Assembly (NCBI RefSeq): GCF_000143415.4
Contig: NW_003314398.1
Coordinates: forward strand, 124,001-188,000
Source of the DNA: Selaginella moellendorffii
Lineage: Eukaryota > Plantae > Lycopodiophyta
Length of the DNA stretch: 64,000 nucleotides
Reading direction: 5' to 3'
In this document: in pieces, positions 20,979 to 32,900 of the stretch
Position numbering within the stretch: the first letter of the stretch is position 1
How the letters are laid out: each line of letters starts with the position of its first letter
Made by a program: the position numbers and the translations under genes
The notes under the pieces: model-generated
Seen by the model: only the letters and a program-made list of their open reading frames with translations
Database searches by the model: none
What the model was told of the DNA's origin: nothing

Positions 20979-23900
20979 TCAGGGTTCTCTTGTCGATGGG
21001 CCGGGATCTGGAGGAACGTCAGGAGGAGGCATCGGTGGATCTGTAGACAGTATTAACTGCTCCTGATCCCTTTGTATGAAGCGTTTTAACCGCTGCACAT
21101 GCACAATCTTCGGAGGATCGGCCTGCTGAACGTCATGCCGAACCTCATAAACTTGTGGTCCAACTTGCCGCAACACCCGATACGGTCCTTTCCACTGCGC
21201 AAGGAGCCCCTTAGATAAACCACGTACCGTAAGATGGGGAAAACGGACTAACACCAAATCATCCATTTTGTACTCCGCAGGTGGACAATGATGGGAATTG
21301 TAGCGCCGTTGTTGTCCCACTTGTACGCGGCCTAAGTGTTCAGCAGACTCTGCTCGGACAAGTGGAAGAATGCTTGTCAAATATTGATCCCATGACCTAA
21401 CATCAGGAGCTCGTGGCAATCGCGAAGGTAAACCCAGCTCTGTTGGTAATATTGGATCATGACCATATAGAAGTTTATATGGTGAAGCACCAACAGAACT
21501 CTGCACCCCTGTGACATAAGCATACCGAAGAGACGGCAAATAACCATCCCAATCCGAATGTTGAAAGTTCACATACTTCGCAATCATCCCTTTGAATGTC
21601 CGAACGAGCTGTTCCACCAGACCGTCTGATTGTGGATGATAAGCACTCGTAAAAGTGTGGCGTATCCCCAACCGAGATGTCAAAACATGAAATACCTCAG
21701 CCATAAATGCAGGACCATTATCCGAAAGAATCCGCTCTGGACAAGAATGCTGGAATACCACTCGATTGAGGAGGAAGTATCCAACAGCAGTTGCAGAGGC
21801 ACTAGCAAGAGCACCAACTTCCACCCAACGAGTCAAGTAGTCAGAAGCAATAATAACATACTCATTGCTAGCAGTCGATCGCGGAAAAGGTCCCATAAGA
21901 TCAAACGCCACCAACTCAAATGGACGAGAAACTGCAATTGACTCCAACCGTCCTTCCGCAGCACAAGGGGGAGTATTACGAGCTTGGCACCAAACGCAGC
22001 TACGCACATACCGGATAATATCACGTCGCATCTTTGGCCAATAGAAAAATCTGCGCAGCTTCTCGGTGACACGACGGTGTCCCATATGCCCACTTAGAAT
22101 AGGAGAATCATGGTAGGCATGGAGAAACCGCGGAATAAACACCGAAGGCACCACCAGCCGTAAATGATCATCAGGATCCGTCCCCACAAAATAAAGAAGG
22201 TCATCTTCAAGGCGATATTGAGAATGTAAATGCCGAAAAGGCAAGTCATCAGCAAGTGATGCAGGATTCTCAAACCCATCTCGAAGCCTTCGAATCCACG
22301 ACTCAATCTTTTGAGCCTCGCGAACCTCATCCAGAGAAGGTAGATCTTGCTCTACGCCCTGTGGACACTGAACGTCAAGGACAGCAACCGCCGACGGCAC
22401 AGAATCCTCATCTAGAAAATCCACAGATGCTGGAACAACAGGTTCGTCAGAAACATGAGAAGTGAATGGAGAAGGAAGAGGAGCTCGAGAAAGGGCATCA
22501 GCATCAGCCATAGAACTCCCTGGGCGATGAACAACATTGAAATCATATATCTGAAGCTTCAAAGCCCATCGAGCCGTACGACCAACCAGGTTCTTCCGCT
22601 TCAATAATGAAGTAACAGCAGCATGGTCACCTTCAAGTAACGTCCGAGAACCATGTAAATATGCATGAAGTTTCTCGAAACCCCAGACTGCTGCTAAACA
22701 CTCCTTCTCCGTCGTGGAGTAGTTCATCTCCGCTGGTTGTAATGTACGGCTTATATATGCAATGGGATGGCATTGACCAGGCACACTCGAGCTCTCTTGC
22801 ATCAACACACCTCCAAGACCAATGTCAGAAGCATTCACGCGCAAAATAAAAGGTCGAGTGTAATCAGGATATGCCAAAACCGGAGGAGTCGTCAATAGCT
22901 CTTTGAGATTCACGAACGCCCGCTCACAATCGGGAGACCAGATGAAAGATGACGTTGATGACTTCAGCAACGCTCGCAATGGTGTAGTGAGATCGGAAAG
23001 ATGATCCACAAAACGACCGAGATACTGCACCTTACCCAAAAAGCGTTGCACATCATTCACACACTTCGGAGTAGGGAACTTTAGAACAGCCACAAGTTTG
23101 TCAGGATCAACTTGCAAACCCTCACGAGAAATACGGTACCCAAGATAAGTTGTGTCCTTGGACCCAAACACGCACTTCGACCGCTTCAGCTTTAAACCAA
23201 CATCGCGTAGCCGATCCAACACTTTACAAACATCACGAACATGCTCCTCCCACGTCCCCTCCGAGTGGATCAAGACATCATCAATGAAGTCAGCCGTCAC
23301 CTCCGGCATATCGCAAAGAACCTCGTCCATCATCCGCTGAAAAGTTGCTGGAGCATTGTTCAAACCAAACGGCATCACCAAAAACTCGTACAAACCAAAT
23401 GGTGTACGAAAAGCAGTCTTAGGAATATCTTCTTTAGCCAACGGTACTTGCCAATACCCAGAAGCAAGATCTAGCTTGGTGAACCAACGACTTCGCCCCA
23501 GACGATCCAAGAGATCAGCAGTGTGAGGAAGAAGGTACACGTCCGGGATCGTCACTTCATTTAACGGACGATAGTCGATGCAGAAACGAATACTCCCATC
23601 AGGCTTCGTCACAAGATGAGGTTCACATGCCCAAGGACTCCGCGACTTCCGAATAACACCCTTCTCCAACATCTCCTTGACGTTTGCACGTAAAATCTTG
23701 ATCTCCTTGGGTGACCGACGACGAACAGGAACCTTGATTGGACGAGCATCCCTAGTTGGAATGGGATGACGTGTGGCAATCTTGGCCCCAGACGATAGGT
23801 CAAATTCAAAGAGATCAGAATACTCCTTCATGAGCTGGTCAACAGCTGCAACACAAAGATCATCAGAGGGATCGGAAAAGGGAAGAGTAGAACAAGATGG

Positions 23901-24467
23901 AAACACAAGAGGAAATAGTGGGGGAACAAAAGTAATGGAAGCAGAGGTAGAAGTAGAGGGACGAAGAGGTACGGAAGTGAGAGGAATGGATGAAACATAA
24001 GGAAGTATAAGACAAGGGGGAGAAGCCTCAAAGTCACACTTGGCATGATTGTGCTGCAACCAATCCATACCAAGAATGAGGTCAAAAGCTTGACTCGGCA
24101 CCACCCGCAACGACTGCAACTCAAGCTCCAGATCGCCCACACGCACAACCAGGTCCGCCTCATCTCGTGCACATGCATGTGTACGGCCGTTGCCATAAAG
24201 AATGAAAACTGGATCCGCCGCACGATGCAAGTGTAGATGACAACGTGTGGCAACAGGTTGAGCAATAGAAAATAAACTCGAACCTGTATCAACCAACACG
24301 GAGAGAAGAATAGGAGACCTCTTGTTATAAAAACGAGCTTGGAAAGTAAACACTGGATGAACCGGTGCCGAGTGAACCCCTTGATGATACTCCCGAAAGA
24401 AAGATGGAGGGGTCACTAACTTATTCGCGCAAGGTCCCTCCATTACTCGTGCGACTCCTCGTTTCCC
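20979..24467 (-). CDS. pol: Pol polyprotein (PR, RT, RNase H, integrase), reached by -1 frameshift
   Basis: LVDTGS, RFCIDYR, KTAFRTP.GLYEF.VMPFGL.NAPATFQR, FIDD, H-H-C-C zinc finger, DDE core, WKGPY. Confidence 0.93.
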   Translation of the reverse strand, partial: GKRGVARVMEGPCANKLVTPPSFFREYHQGVHSAPVHPVFTFQARFYNKRSPILLSVLVDTGSSLFSIAQPVATRCHLHLHRAADPVFILYGNGRTHACARDEADLVVRVGDLELELQSLRVVPSQAFDLILGMDWLQHNHAKCDFEASPPCLILPYVSSIPLTSVPLRPSTSTSASITFVPPLFPLVFPSCSTLPFSDPSDDLCVAAVDQLMKEYSDLFEFDLSSGAKIATRHPIPTRDARPIKVPVRRRSPKEIKILRANVKEMLEKGVIRKSRSPWACEPHLVTKPDGSIRFCIDYRPLNEVTIPDVYLLPHTADLLDRLGRSRWFTKLDLASGYWQVPLAKEDIPKTAFRTPFGLYEFLVMPFGLNNAPATFQRMMDEVLCDMPEVTADFIDDVLIHSEGTWEEHVRDVCKVLDRLRDVGLKLKRSKCVFGSKDTTYLGYRISREGLQVDPDKLVAVLKFPTPKCVNDVQRFLGKVQYLGRFVDHLSDLTTPLRALLKSSTSSFIWSPDCERAFVNLKELLTTPPVLAYPDYTRPFILRVNASDIGLGGVLMQESSSVPGQCHPIAYISRTLQPAEMNYSTTEKECLAAVWGFEKLHAYLHGSRTLLEGDHAAVTSLLKRKNLVGRTARWALKLQIYDFNVVHRPGSSMADADALSRAPLPSPFTSHVSDEPVVPASVDFLDEDSVPSAVAVLDVQCPQGVEQDLPSLDEVREAQKIESWIRRLRDGFENPASLADDLPFRHLHSQYRLEDDLLYFVGTDPDDHLRLVVPSVFIPRFLHAYHDSPILSGHMGHRRVTEKLRRFFYWPKMRRDIIRYVRSCVWCQARNTPPCAAEGRLESIAVSRPFELVAFDLMGPFPRSTASNEYVIIASDYLTRWVEVGALASASATAVGYFLLNRVVFQHSCPERILSDNGPAFMAEVFHVLTSRLGIRHTFTSAYHPQSDGLVEQLVRTFKGMIAKYVNFQHSDWDGYLPSLRYAYVTGVQSSVGASPYKLLYGHDPILPTELGLPSRLPRAPDVRSWDQYLTSILPLVRAESAEHLGRVQVGQQRRYNSHHCPPAEYKMDDLVLVRFPHLTVRGLSKGLLAQWKGPYRVLRQVGPQVYEVRHDVQQADPPKIVHVQRLKRFIQRDQEQLILSTDPPMPPPDVPPDPGPSTREP
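24404..24467 (-). other. -1 ribosomal frameshift signal: slippery G GGA AAC plus predicted H-type pseudoknot
   Basis: Heptamer in the gag frame at 24467-24461; the -1 frame is the pol ORF; stems UCGCACGAG/CUUGCGCGA and AUGGAGGG/CCCUCCAU. Confidence 0.8.
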
Positions 24468-25375
24468 GAATGCACCTCGGTATCCAAACCTTCCACCGCA
24501 GCAGCACCAACGGGATGTTGCTGACGCCAAGGTCTCCACCCAGGAAATGGAGGTCGCCAATCCGGAAAGCGCCGACAACGCTGATAAGTATGACCAACTT
24601 CATCACATGCCCAGCAACGAAGGTCACGGCCACGACCACGTCCTCGCCCTTGTCCTTGGACTCGAGTAGCAGCAGCATCAACCTCCATGGGAACAGGACC
24701 ATCACTCATAGGAAGTGGAGTTGAAGGACGTGTAGCAAGAAGTGGAAGAGGCGACGTCTCATAACGTTGTGCCAAGCGAAGAGCATCGTCAAGAGTGGCA
24801 GGAGCAAGTGCATGCACAAGTCCGACAAGATCTTGACGAAGTGCTGGCCACAGCATTCCTAGCTTGATCCGCTCCGACATATTTGGCTCCGCACGAAGCA
24901 AAAGACTTCGGAAACGAACACCAAATTGCATCACTGACTCAGATGGCCCTTGGCGAAGACGATGCAATTGTTGGAAGGCATCATCACAATCGTCGGCGTG
25001 TCCGAAGGCGCGTTTGAAGACGTCCGGAAGAACACTCCAATCGCCACGAGTAGCTGCGCTCAATCCATTGTACCACTGCAATGCCGTCCCCTGGAGACAT
25101 GTGGGGAACTCACGCAAACGTCGAGCATCATCCCAAGAATGATATGTGGCAATCACCGTGAAGTGATCGAACCAATGGTACACATCATCCCCAGGATTCC
25201 CATGAAAGAACTCCGGCCGAACGCGAGGATTGGCACCAAAAGCAAGAGGAGTTGTACCATGTGCCGTGAATGCCGCCATCAACTGAGTTTGGTTGTTCAA
25301 TTGCAAGCGCATAGCATCAAGCAATTGAACCAACTGTTGCTCTAGAGTCAAAGGAGGAGATTGCGGATCGGCCAT
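24443..25375 (-). CDS. gag: Gag (310 aa)
   Basis: Retrotransposon gag core (QGPSESV..F..RF) and CCHC knuckle CWACDEVGHTYQRC. Confidence 0.93.
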   Translation of the reverse strand: MADPQSPPLTLEQQLVQLLDAMRLQLNNQTQLMAAFTAHGTTPLAFGANPRVRPEFFHGNPGDDVYHWFDHFTVIATYHSWDDARRLREFPTCLQGTALQWYNGLSAATRGDWSVLPDVFKRAFGHADDCDDAFQQLHRLRQGPSESVMQFGVRFRSLLLRAEPNMSERIKLGMLWPALRQDLVGLVHALAPATLDDALRLAQRYETSPLPLLATRPSTPLPMSDGPVPMEVDAAATRVQGQGRGRGRGRDLRCWACDEVGHTYQRCRRFPDWRPPFPGWRPWRQQHPVGAAAVEGLDTEVHSGNEESHE

Positions 25376-25589
25376 GAAAATGAATGAAAAAGAAAGAGCA
25401 AAAGAAGAGAAATGACAAAAAGCTGGAAAGAAATGGTAGATCTAGACAATGCAAAAAGCTAGATCTAAACCAAAATCCTGAAAGGAAAGAACAAAAGAAA
25501 GGAAATGGAAAAAGCTAGATCTAGACAATGCAAAAGCTAAATTTAAACCGAAATCCCAAATCCAAGCACTCCCCAGGGACAATCAAAGG

Positions 25590-25607
25590 TGCCCCTCATC
25601 TCCACCA
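25590..25607 (-). other. Primer-binding site, tRNA-Ala type
   Basis: TGGTGGAGATGAGGGG is complementary to the plant tRNA-Ala 3' end (...CCCCGCATCTCCACCA) with one mismatch, 1 nt from the LTR. Confidence 0.75.
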
Positions 25608-25608
25608 A

Positions 25609-25782
25609 TGTGAGTGCATGGAATATGGAAAGGGAATATAGAAATGTGCATATCAATTAGCTCAAAAACCCTAGCTTATATACAGGAGCGAGTGGTCCGG
25701 ATTGAAACCAATCCGACGGCTACCAAAATCCACTACGCTAATATTAGTATACGGCATCGTAGCCGTACACTTGGCCCTCACA
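25609..25782 (-). repeat. 5' LTR of element 1
   Basis: Matches 20773-20946. Confidence 0.95.
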
Positions 25783-25952
25783 TATTGATATTAAAAAATA
25801 AAAATGTTACTTTATTAAAATTAATATAAAAATTACTCAAAGCAAAAAAACATGCAAATCAAAATTAAAAATTAAAGTAAGTTCATATTTATATTATTTT
25901 TACTTTATTTAGATAAAATTAAAATAAAAATTAATAATCTTTAAAAACTAGT

Positions 25953-28900
25953 TATGAGGTCAAGTGTACAACTATGATACTATATACTAATATTAGTATA
26001 GTGGGATTTTGGTAGCCGTCAGATTGATTTTAATCTGAACTACTCGGTTTTGTATATAAACTAGGGTTTTTAGGCTAATTGATATGCACATTTTCTGTAA
26101 TTTTTTTTTTTTTCATATTCCATGTATTTACATAGAAGCAGCTTTGATTATCCTTAAAGAGTGTTGATATATAACTCCTTTTACTCTTGCTACCAATCCT
26201 CGCATCTAACTGGGGTTTTTTCGTGGGAATCTTGGGGATGATGTGTACTATTGGTTTGATCACTTCATGGTGATTGCCACATATCATTTTTGGGATGATG
26301 CTTAATGTTTGTTTGAATTTCCCATGTGTCTCAATGGGATGGCATTGTAGTGGTACAATGGTTTAAGTGCAACCATTCGTGAGGATTGGAGTATTCTCCC
26401 GAACATCTTCAAACTTATATTTGGATATATTGACAATTGTGATGATGCTTTTTAACAATTGCATTGTCTTTGTTAAGGGTCATTTGAGTTGGTAATGCAA
26501 TTTAGCGTTTATTTTTTAAGCCTCTTGCTTCGTGTGAAGCCAAATATGTCGGAGTGAATTAAGTTGGGAATGTTATGGCCAACACTTCATCAAGACCTAA
26601 TAAGACTTATATATACACTTACTCTAGCCATCCTTAACAATGCCCTTTGTTTGGCACAACGTTGTGAGATATCACTTCTTTCACTTTTCACTACACATCA
26701 TTTAACTCCACTTTCTATGGGAGATAGTTCTGTTCTAATAAAGGTTGATATTGCTATTGCTCATATTTAAGGACTAGAATAAGAATATAGTTGTGGCCGT
26801 GATGTCTACTACTAGGCATATAATGAAGTTGGTCACATTTATAAGTGTTGTTGGCATTTTTCGAATTAATAACCTCCATTTCCTGAGGGGAGACTTTGGC
26901 GTCAACAACATTCTATTTGTGTTGTTGCAGTGAAAGGTTTAGACATCGAGATGCATCTAGGAAACAAGGAATTGCATGAGTAACAAAAAGACTTTGTGTG
27001 AATAAGTTAGTGACCCCTCCATCTTTCTGTCAAGAGTATCATCAAGGGGTTCACTTGGCATCAATTTATCCAATGTTTACTTTCCAAGCTTGTTTTTATA
27101 ACAAGAGGTCTATTATTCTCTCTGTGTTGGTTAATACAAATTTAAGTTTATCTTTTATTGCTCAGCTTATTGCTATACATTGTTGTTTACATTTATGTTA
27201 TGCGGTAGAGCTAATTTTTATTCTTTATGGCAACAGTTGTACACACACATATATATAGAATAAATACTTAGTTGTGCGTGTGGGCAATCTTGAGCTTAAG
27301 TTGTAATCATTGCAGGTGGTGATGAATCAAGTTTTTGACCTCATCTTTGGTATAAATTGGTTGTGGTACAATCATGCCAAATATGACTTTGAGGTTTCTC
27401 CCCCTTATCTCATATTTCTTTATATTTCTTCCATTCCTCTCACTTCTATACTTTTTCGTCCCTTTACTTTTACTTTTGCTTCCATCACTTTTGTTTCCCT
27501 ATTGCTTCTTTCTATATTTTTGTTTTATTCCTCTCTTCCCTCTTTCAATCCCTCTGATGGTTTTTATATTGGAGCGGTTGACCAAGTTATGATAGAGTAT
27601 GTTGATCTCTTTGAATTTGACCTGTCGTCTAGGGCTAAGATTACTACACATCATTTTATTTTAATTATAGATGCTCATCCAATCAAGGTTCTAATTCATC
27701 ATCAATCACCCAAAGAACAAGATTTTACATTCAAATATCAAGCAGATATTGGAAAAGGGTGTTATTCAAAAGTTGGGCATGTGAACCTCTTCTTGTAATG
27801 AAACTTGATGGGAATATTCGTTTTTGCATCAATTATTGTTCATTAAACAAAGTGACGATCCCAGATATATACCTTCTTCCTCACACTATTGATCTATTAG
27901 ATTATCTAGGGAGAAGTCATTGGTTCACCAAGTTAAATCTTGCTTTTGGGTACTAGCAAGTACTAATTGCCAAAGAAGATATTTCTAAGATTGTTTTTTT
28001 ACACTATTTAGTTTGTATTAGTTCTTAATGATGTTGTTTAGTTTGAATAATGCTCTAGTAATTTTCTAGCGGATAATGGACGAAATGTTTTGGATATGCT
28101 AAAGGTGATTGTTGACTTCATCGATGATGTCTTGATCCACTCGAAAGGGACGTGGGAAGAACACATCTGTGATGTTCGCAAGGTGTTAGATTAACTACAA
28201 AAAGTTGATATAAAGATAAAGTAGTCGAAGTCTGTATTTGGGTCCAAGGATATGATTTATCTTGGATACCATATTTTTTCTAAAGGTTTGCAACTTGATT
28301 TTGAAAAATTTGTGGCTATTCTAAAGTACCTTACTCCAAATTGTATGAATGATGTGTAATACTTTTTAGGAAAGGTGCAATATCTCAATTATTTTGTTGA
28401 TCATCTTTTTAATGATCCATAAGATGTTGGATCAGCTATGGAAAGTTGGTTTTAAGTTAAAGTGGTCGAAGTGTATGTTTGGGTCCCAAGGACACAACTT
28501 ATCTTGGGTATCATATTTCTCGTAAGGGTTTGCAAGTTAATTCCTACAAATTTGTGGCTATTTTAAAGTTCTATATTCCAAAGTGTGTGAATAATGTACA
28601 ACAATTTTTGTGCAAGGTGTAGTATTTTGATTGTTTTTGTTAATCATCTTTCTACGACATGATGTTATCTAATATATGCATATCTGCATTTGGTGCCAAG
28701 CTTGTAATACTCCTCTTCGTGCTACGAAAGAACGGAGTCAATTGTAATTTCCCATTTGTTTGAGTTGGTGGTTTTTGATTTGATGGGACTTTTTTTACGA
28801 TCAACTACTAGCTATGACTATATCATTATTGTTTTTGACTTCTTAACTCACTGGGTGGAAGTCAATACTCTTGCTTACACATCTACAATTGTTGTTAAAT

Positions 28901-29886
28901 ACTTCTTTCTCAATCGAGTGGTGTTCCAGCATTCCTGTCTAGAGTTGATTCTTTTGGATAATAATTCCCCATTTATGGTTGAGGCATTTTACGTTTATCT
29001 CAGTTGGGGATATGCCACACTTTCACAAGTGCTTATCATCCATAGTCAGATGGTTTGGTAGAATAGCTCGTTTGGACCTTCAACAGGATGATTGTGAAGT
29101 ATATGAACTTTCAACGTTTGGATTGAGATGGTTATTTGTTGTCTCTTCCATATACATATGTCACAGAAGTGTAGAGTTCTATTGGTGCTTCATCATATAA
29201 ACTTCTATATAGTCATAATCCAATACTACCAACGGAGTTAGGTTTACCTTTGTGATTGCCGTGGGTTGCCAATGCTAAGTTGTGGGATCAATATTTAATA
29301 AGCATTCTTCCACTTGTCCGAGCAGAGTTTGTTAAACACCTGGGCTACATACAAGTGGGACAATAATAATACTACAACTCCCATCATTGTCCACCTCAGG
29401 AGTACAAAGTGGATGACTTGGTGTTAATCCATTTTCCCCATATTATAATACATAGTTTATCTAAGGGGCTCTTTGCTCAGTAGAAAGGACCGTATCGAGT
29501 GTTGTGGCAAGTTGGACTGCAAGTTTATGAGGTTTGGCATAGCATTCAACAGACTGATCCTCTAAAAATTTTGTATATGTAATGACTAAAATGCTTCATA
29601 GAAAGGGATCAGGAACAATTGGCACGATCTATAAATCCATTGATACCTCCTCCTGATGTTCCTCTAGATCCTAGTCCATCCACGAGAGAACTTTGATGAT
29701 CTTCTATTATTCTGAGAGGAGGGGATGACGTGAGGTCCAAGTGTACAACTATGATGTTGTATACTAATATTAGCGTAGTGGGATTTTAGTAGCCGTTGAA
29801 TTGGTTTCAATCTGAACCACTTGTTATTATATACTAATTGATATCCACATTTTCTATATTCTCTTTTTATATTCCATACACTCACA
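25953..29886 (+). mobile_element. Degenerate second copy of the same gypsy family (LTRs 25953-26132 and 29729-29886; TSD TAGT)
   Basis: Colinear with element 1; PBS and gag start deleted, RT segment duplicated (~28170-28410 / 28420-28655), RNase H deleted, many stops. Confidence 0.93.
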
Positions 29887-29956
29887 TAGTGAATATAAAA
29901 AATAATCGAAATAAAATAAATTTAAAATAATGACTGAAAATATTTTTATTTAAATA

Positions 29957-32900
29957 TATAAATGTATAGAATATGGTAGGAAATACAGAAATGTGCATAT
30001 CAATTAGCCCAAAAACCCTAGCTTATACACAGGATGGAGTGGTCCAGATTAAAACTAATCCAACAGTTACCAAAATCCCATTATGCTAATATTAATATAC
30101 CACATCATAGCTATACATTTAGACCTCACATCATCCCCTCCTCTTGGAATGATAGAAGATAATAAAGATTCATTTGTGGATGAGCTGGGATTTGGAGGAG
30201 CATTAGAAGATGGCATCAGTGGATTTGTAGTGGTGTCAATTGTTCTTCATTCTTTTGTATAAAGCGTTTCAACTATTGCACATGCATAATTTCCAAAGGA
30301 TTGGCTTATTGGACATTATGCCAAACCTCATAAAGTTGTGATTCAACCTGTCATAACAACCAATACTAAGCAAGGAACCCCTTAGACAAACCACATACCG
30401 TAAGATTGGGAAAATAAATTAACACTAAGTCATCCAGTTTGTACTCCACAGGTGGATAATGATGGGAGTTGTAGCGCTGTTGTTGTCCCGCATGTTTAGC
30501 AAACTTTGTTTAGATAAGTGGAAAAATGTTCATCAAATACTAATCCTAAGACTTAACATCGGTAGTTTGTAGCAATCGCAAATGCAAACTCAATTTTGTT
30601 GGTAATATTGGATCATGACCATATAGGAGTTTATATAGTGAAGCACTAACAAAACTTTGCACCGTTTATATAGTGAAGCACCAACAAAACTTTGCACCCT
30701 ATGACATATGCATACTGAAAAGATGGCATATAACCATCCCAATTTAAATGTTGAAAGTTCATATACTTCTCAATCATCCCTTTGAAGGTCCGAACAAGTC
30801 ATTCCAACAAACCATTTGACTGTGGATGATAAACACTTATGAAAGTGTTGCATATCCCCACCTAAAATGTTAAAATACGAAATGTCTCAGCCATAATTGT
30901 AGGATTACTATTTGAAAGAATTAGCTTTAGACAAGATTGTTGAAACACCATTGAATTGAGGAGGAAGTATCTAATAATAATTGTAGACACACTAGCAAGA
31001 TCACCAATTTCCACCTAGTGAGTCAAGTAATCAAAAGCAATAATGACATATTCATTATTAATAGTCAACCGTTTATCAAATCAAATGCTATTAACTCAAA
31101 TAGATGGGAAAATGCAATTAACTCCAACCATTCTTTCGCAACACGAAGGGGAATATTATGAACTTGGCACCAAACACAACTATGCATATACTAAATAATA
31201 TCATGTTATATCTCAAACTAATAAAAAGAATTGCATAGCTTTTCAGTTACATAACGATGTCTTATATACTCATATAGAATAGAACAATCATAGTAGGCAT
31301 GGAAAAAATGTGAAATAAAGATTGATGGCACCACCAACCATAAATGATCATTAAAATTCATCTCCACAAAATAAAGAAGATCATCGTCAAGATGATATCA
31401 AAAATATAAATGCCAAAATGGCAAGTCATCATCAACTGATGTAGAATTCTCAAATCCGTTATGAAGTCTTTGGATCCACAGCCCAACCTTTTGATCCTCA
31501 TAAACCTTGTCAAAAGAAGATAAATCTTGCTTTACACCTTGTGGACATTAAATATCAAGTACAACAACTACTAACAGCACGAAATCCTTGTTACAAAATC
31601 CATAAATGCTAAAATAATAAGCTTGTCAGAAACATGAGAAGAGAGCGAAGAAAGAAAAGAATTTCAAAAAAGGGCATCAATATTAACCATAGAACTCTTT
31701 ATGCAATGAACAATATCAAAATTATATATCTGAAGTTTCAAAGCCTACCGAATAGTACGACCAACTAAATTCTTCAACTTTAATAATGAAGTAAGTGTAG
31801 AATAATCACCTTCTTGTAATGTTTGAGAACTATGTAGATATGCATGAAGTTCTTGAAACTTCAAACTATTACTAAACACTCATTTTCTATTGTGGAGTAG
31901 TTCACCTTTGCTAATTGTAATATATAGATGATATATACAATAAGATGGTGCTGACCAAGGACACTTGGGCTCTTTTGCATCAATATACCTCTAAGATCGA
32001 TATCAGAAGCATCCATGTGCAAAATGAAAAGTCAAGTGTAGTCAAGATATGGCAAAATTAGAGGAGTTGTCAATATCTCTTTAAGATCTATAAATACCTG
32101 CTCACAATCTGCAAGTGAAATGAAAGATGATGTTGATAACTTCAGCAATACTCGCAATGGTGTACTGCAATCAGAAAGATGATCAACAAGACACTCAAAA
32201 TATTGCACCTTACCTAGGAAGTGTTGCACATCATTCACACACTTTGAGTGGGGAATTTCAGAGTAGCCACAAGTTTGTCTGGATCAACTTGTAAACCCTC
32301 ATAAGAAATATGGTACCCAAGATAAATCATGTCTTAAACATGCATTTTGACTATTTCAATTTTAAACCAACTTCTCATAGGTGATCCAACACTTTATGAA
32401 TATCACAAACATGTTCCTCTCACATCCCCTTCGAGTGGATCAAAATATCATTGATGAAGTCTAAAACTTACTAAATATGAAATAATGCTAGATTGCAAAT
32501 TTGGGTATGGGACAAACACTTTTGTGTTTAATACAATCTCTACATTCTGTAGATATGCCAAATTAGCAAATCTAGATACTTTCCATAAAACCAAATAGAA
32601 CCAACATGTAAGCTATCATCTACCCATATTAAGGGACTAGTCTCAATACACAGGGGTTCTTGTCAAGCTAGTGCAAGATAGAACAAAAAAGAACTAAGAG
32701 CCAGACCGAATATGCTCAGTAAGAAACACATAAGAGTTTTTACATTATGTTCATTTGACTAAATATAAATGTTAAGCCTAGTTTGTTAACACTTGATCAA
32801 GAGGGGCTAAAAAAAATTCAGCAATACCAACCTCCTATCGTCGTGGCAATAAAGAAAGAATATTTAAAAGGATTTGCTGACAAATAACTTTTAATACCTG

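Larger units (their letters stand above)
20773..25782 (-). mobile_element. Full-length Ty3/gypsy LTR retrotransposon (5010 bp), no chromodomain
   Basis: 174-bp LTRs (TGTGAG...CTCACA) differing at 3 sites; TATT on both flanks; PBS, PPT, gag and PR-RT-RH-INT order. Confidence 0.97.

Noticed and set aside
30629-30700. 35-bp tandem duplication
   Set aside because: Ordinary slippage inside a dead retroelement
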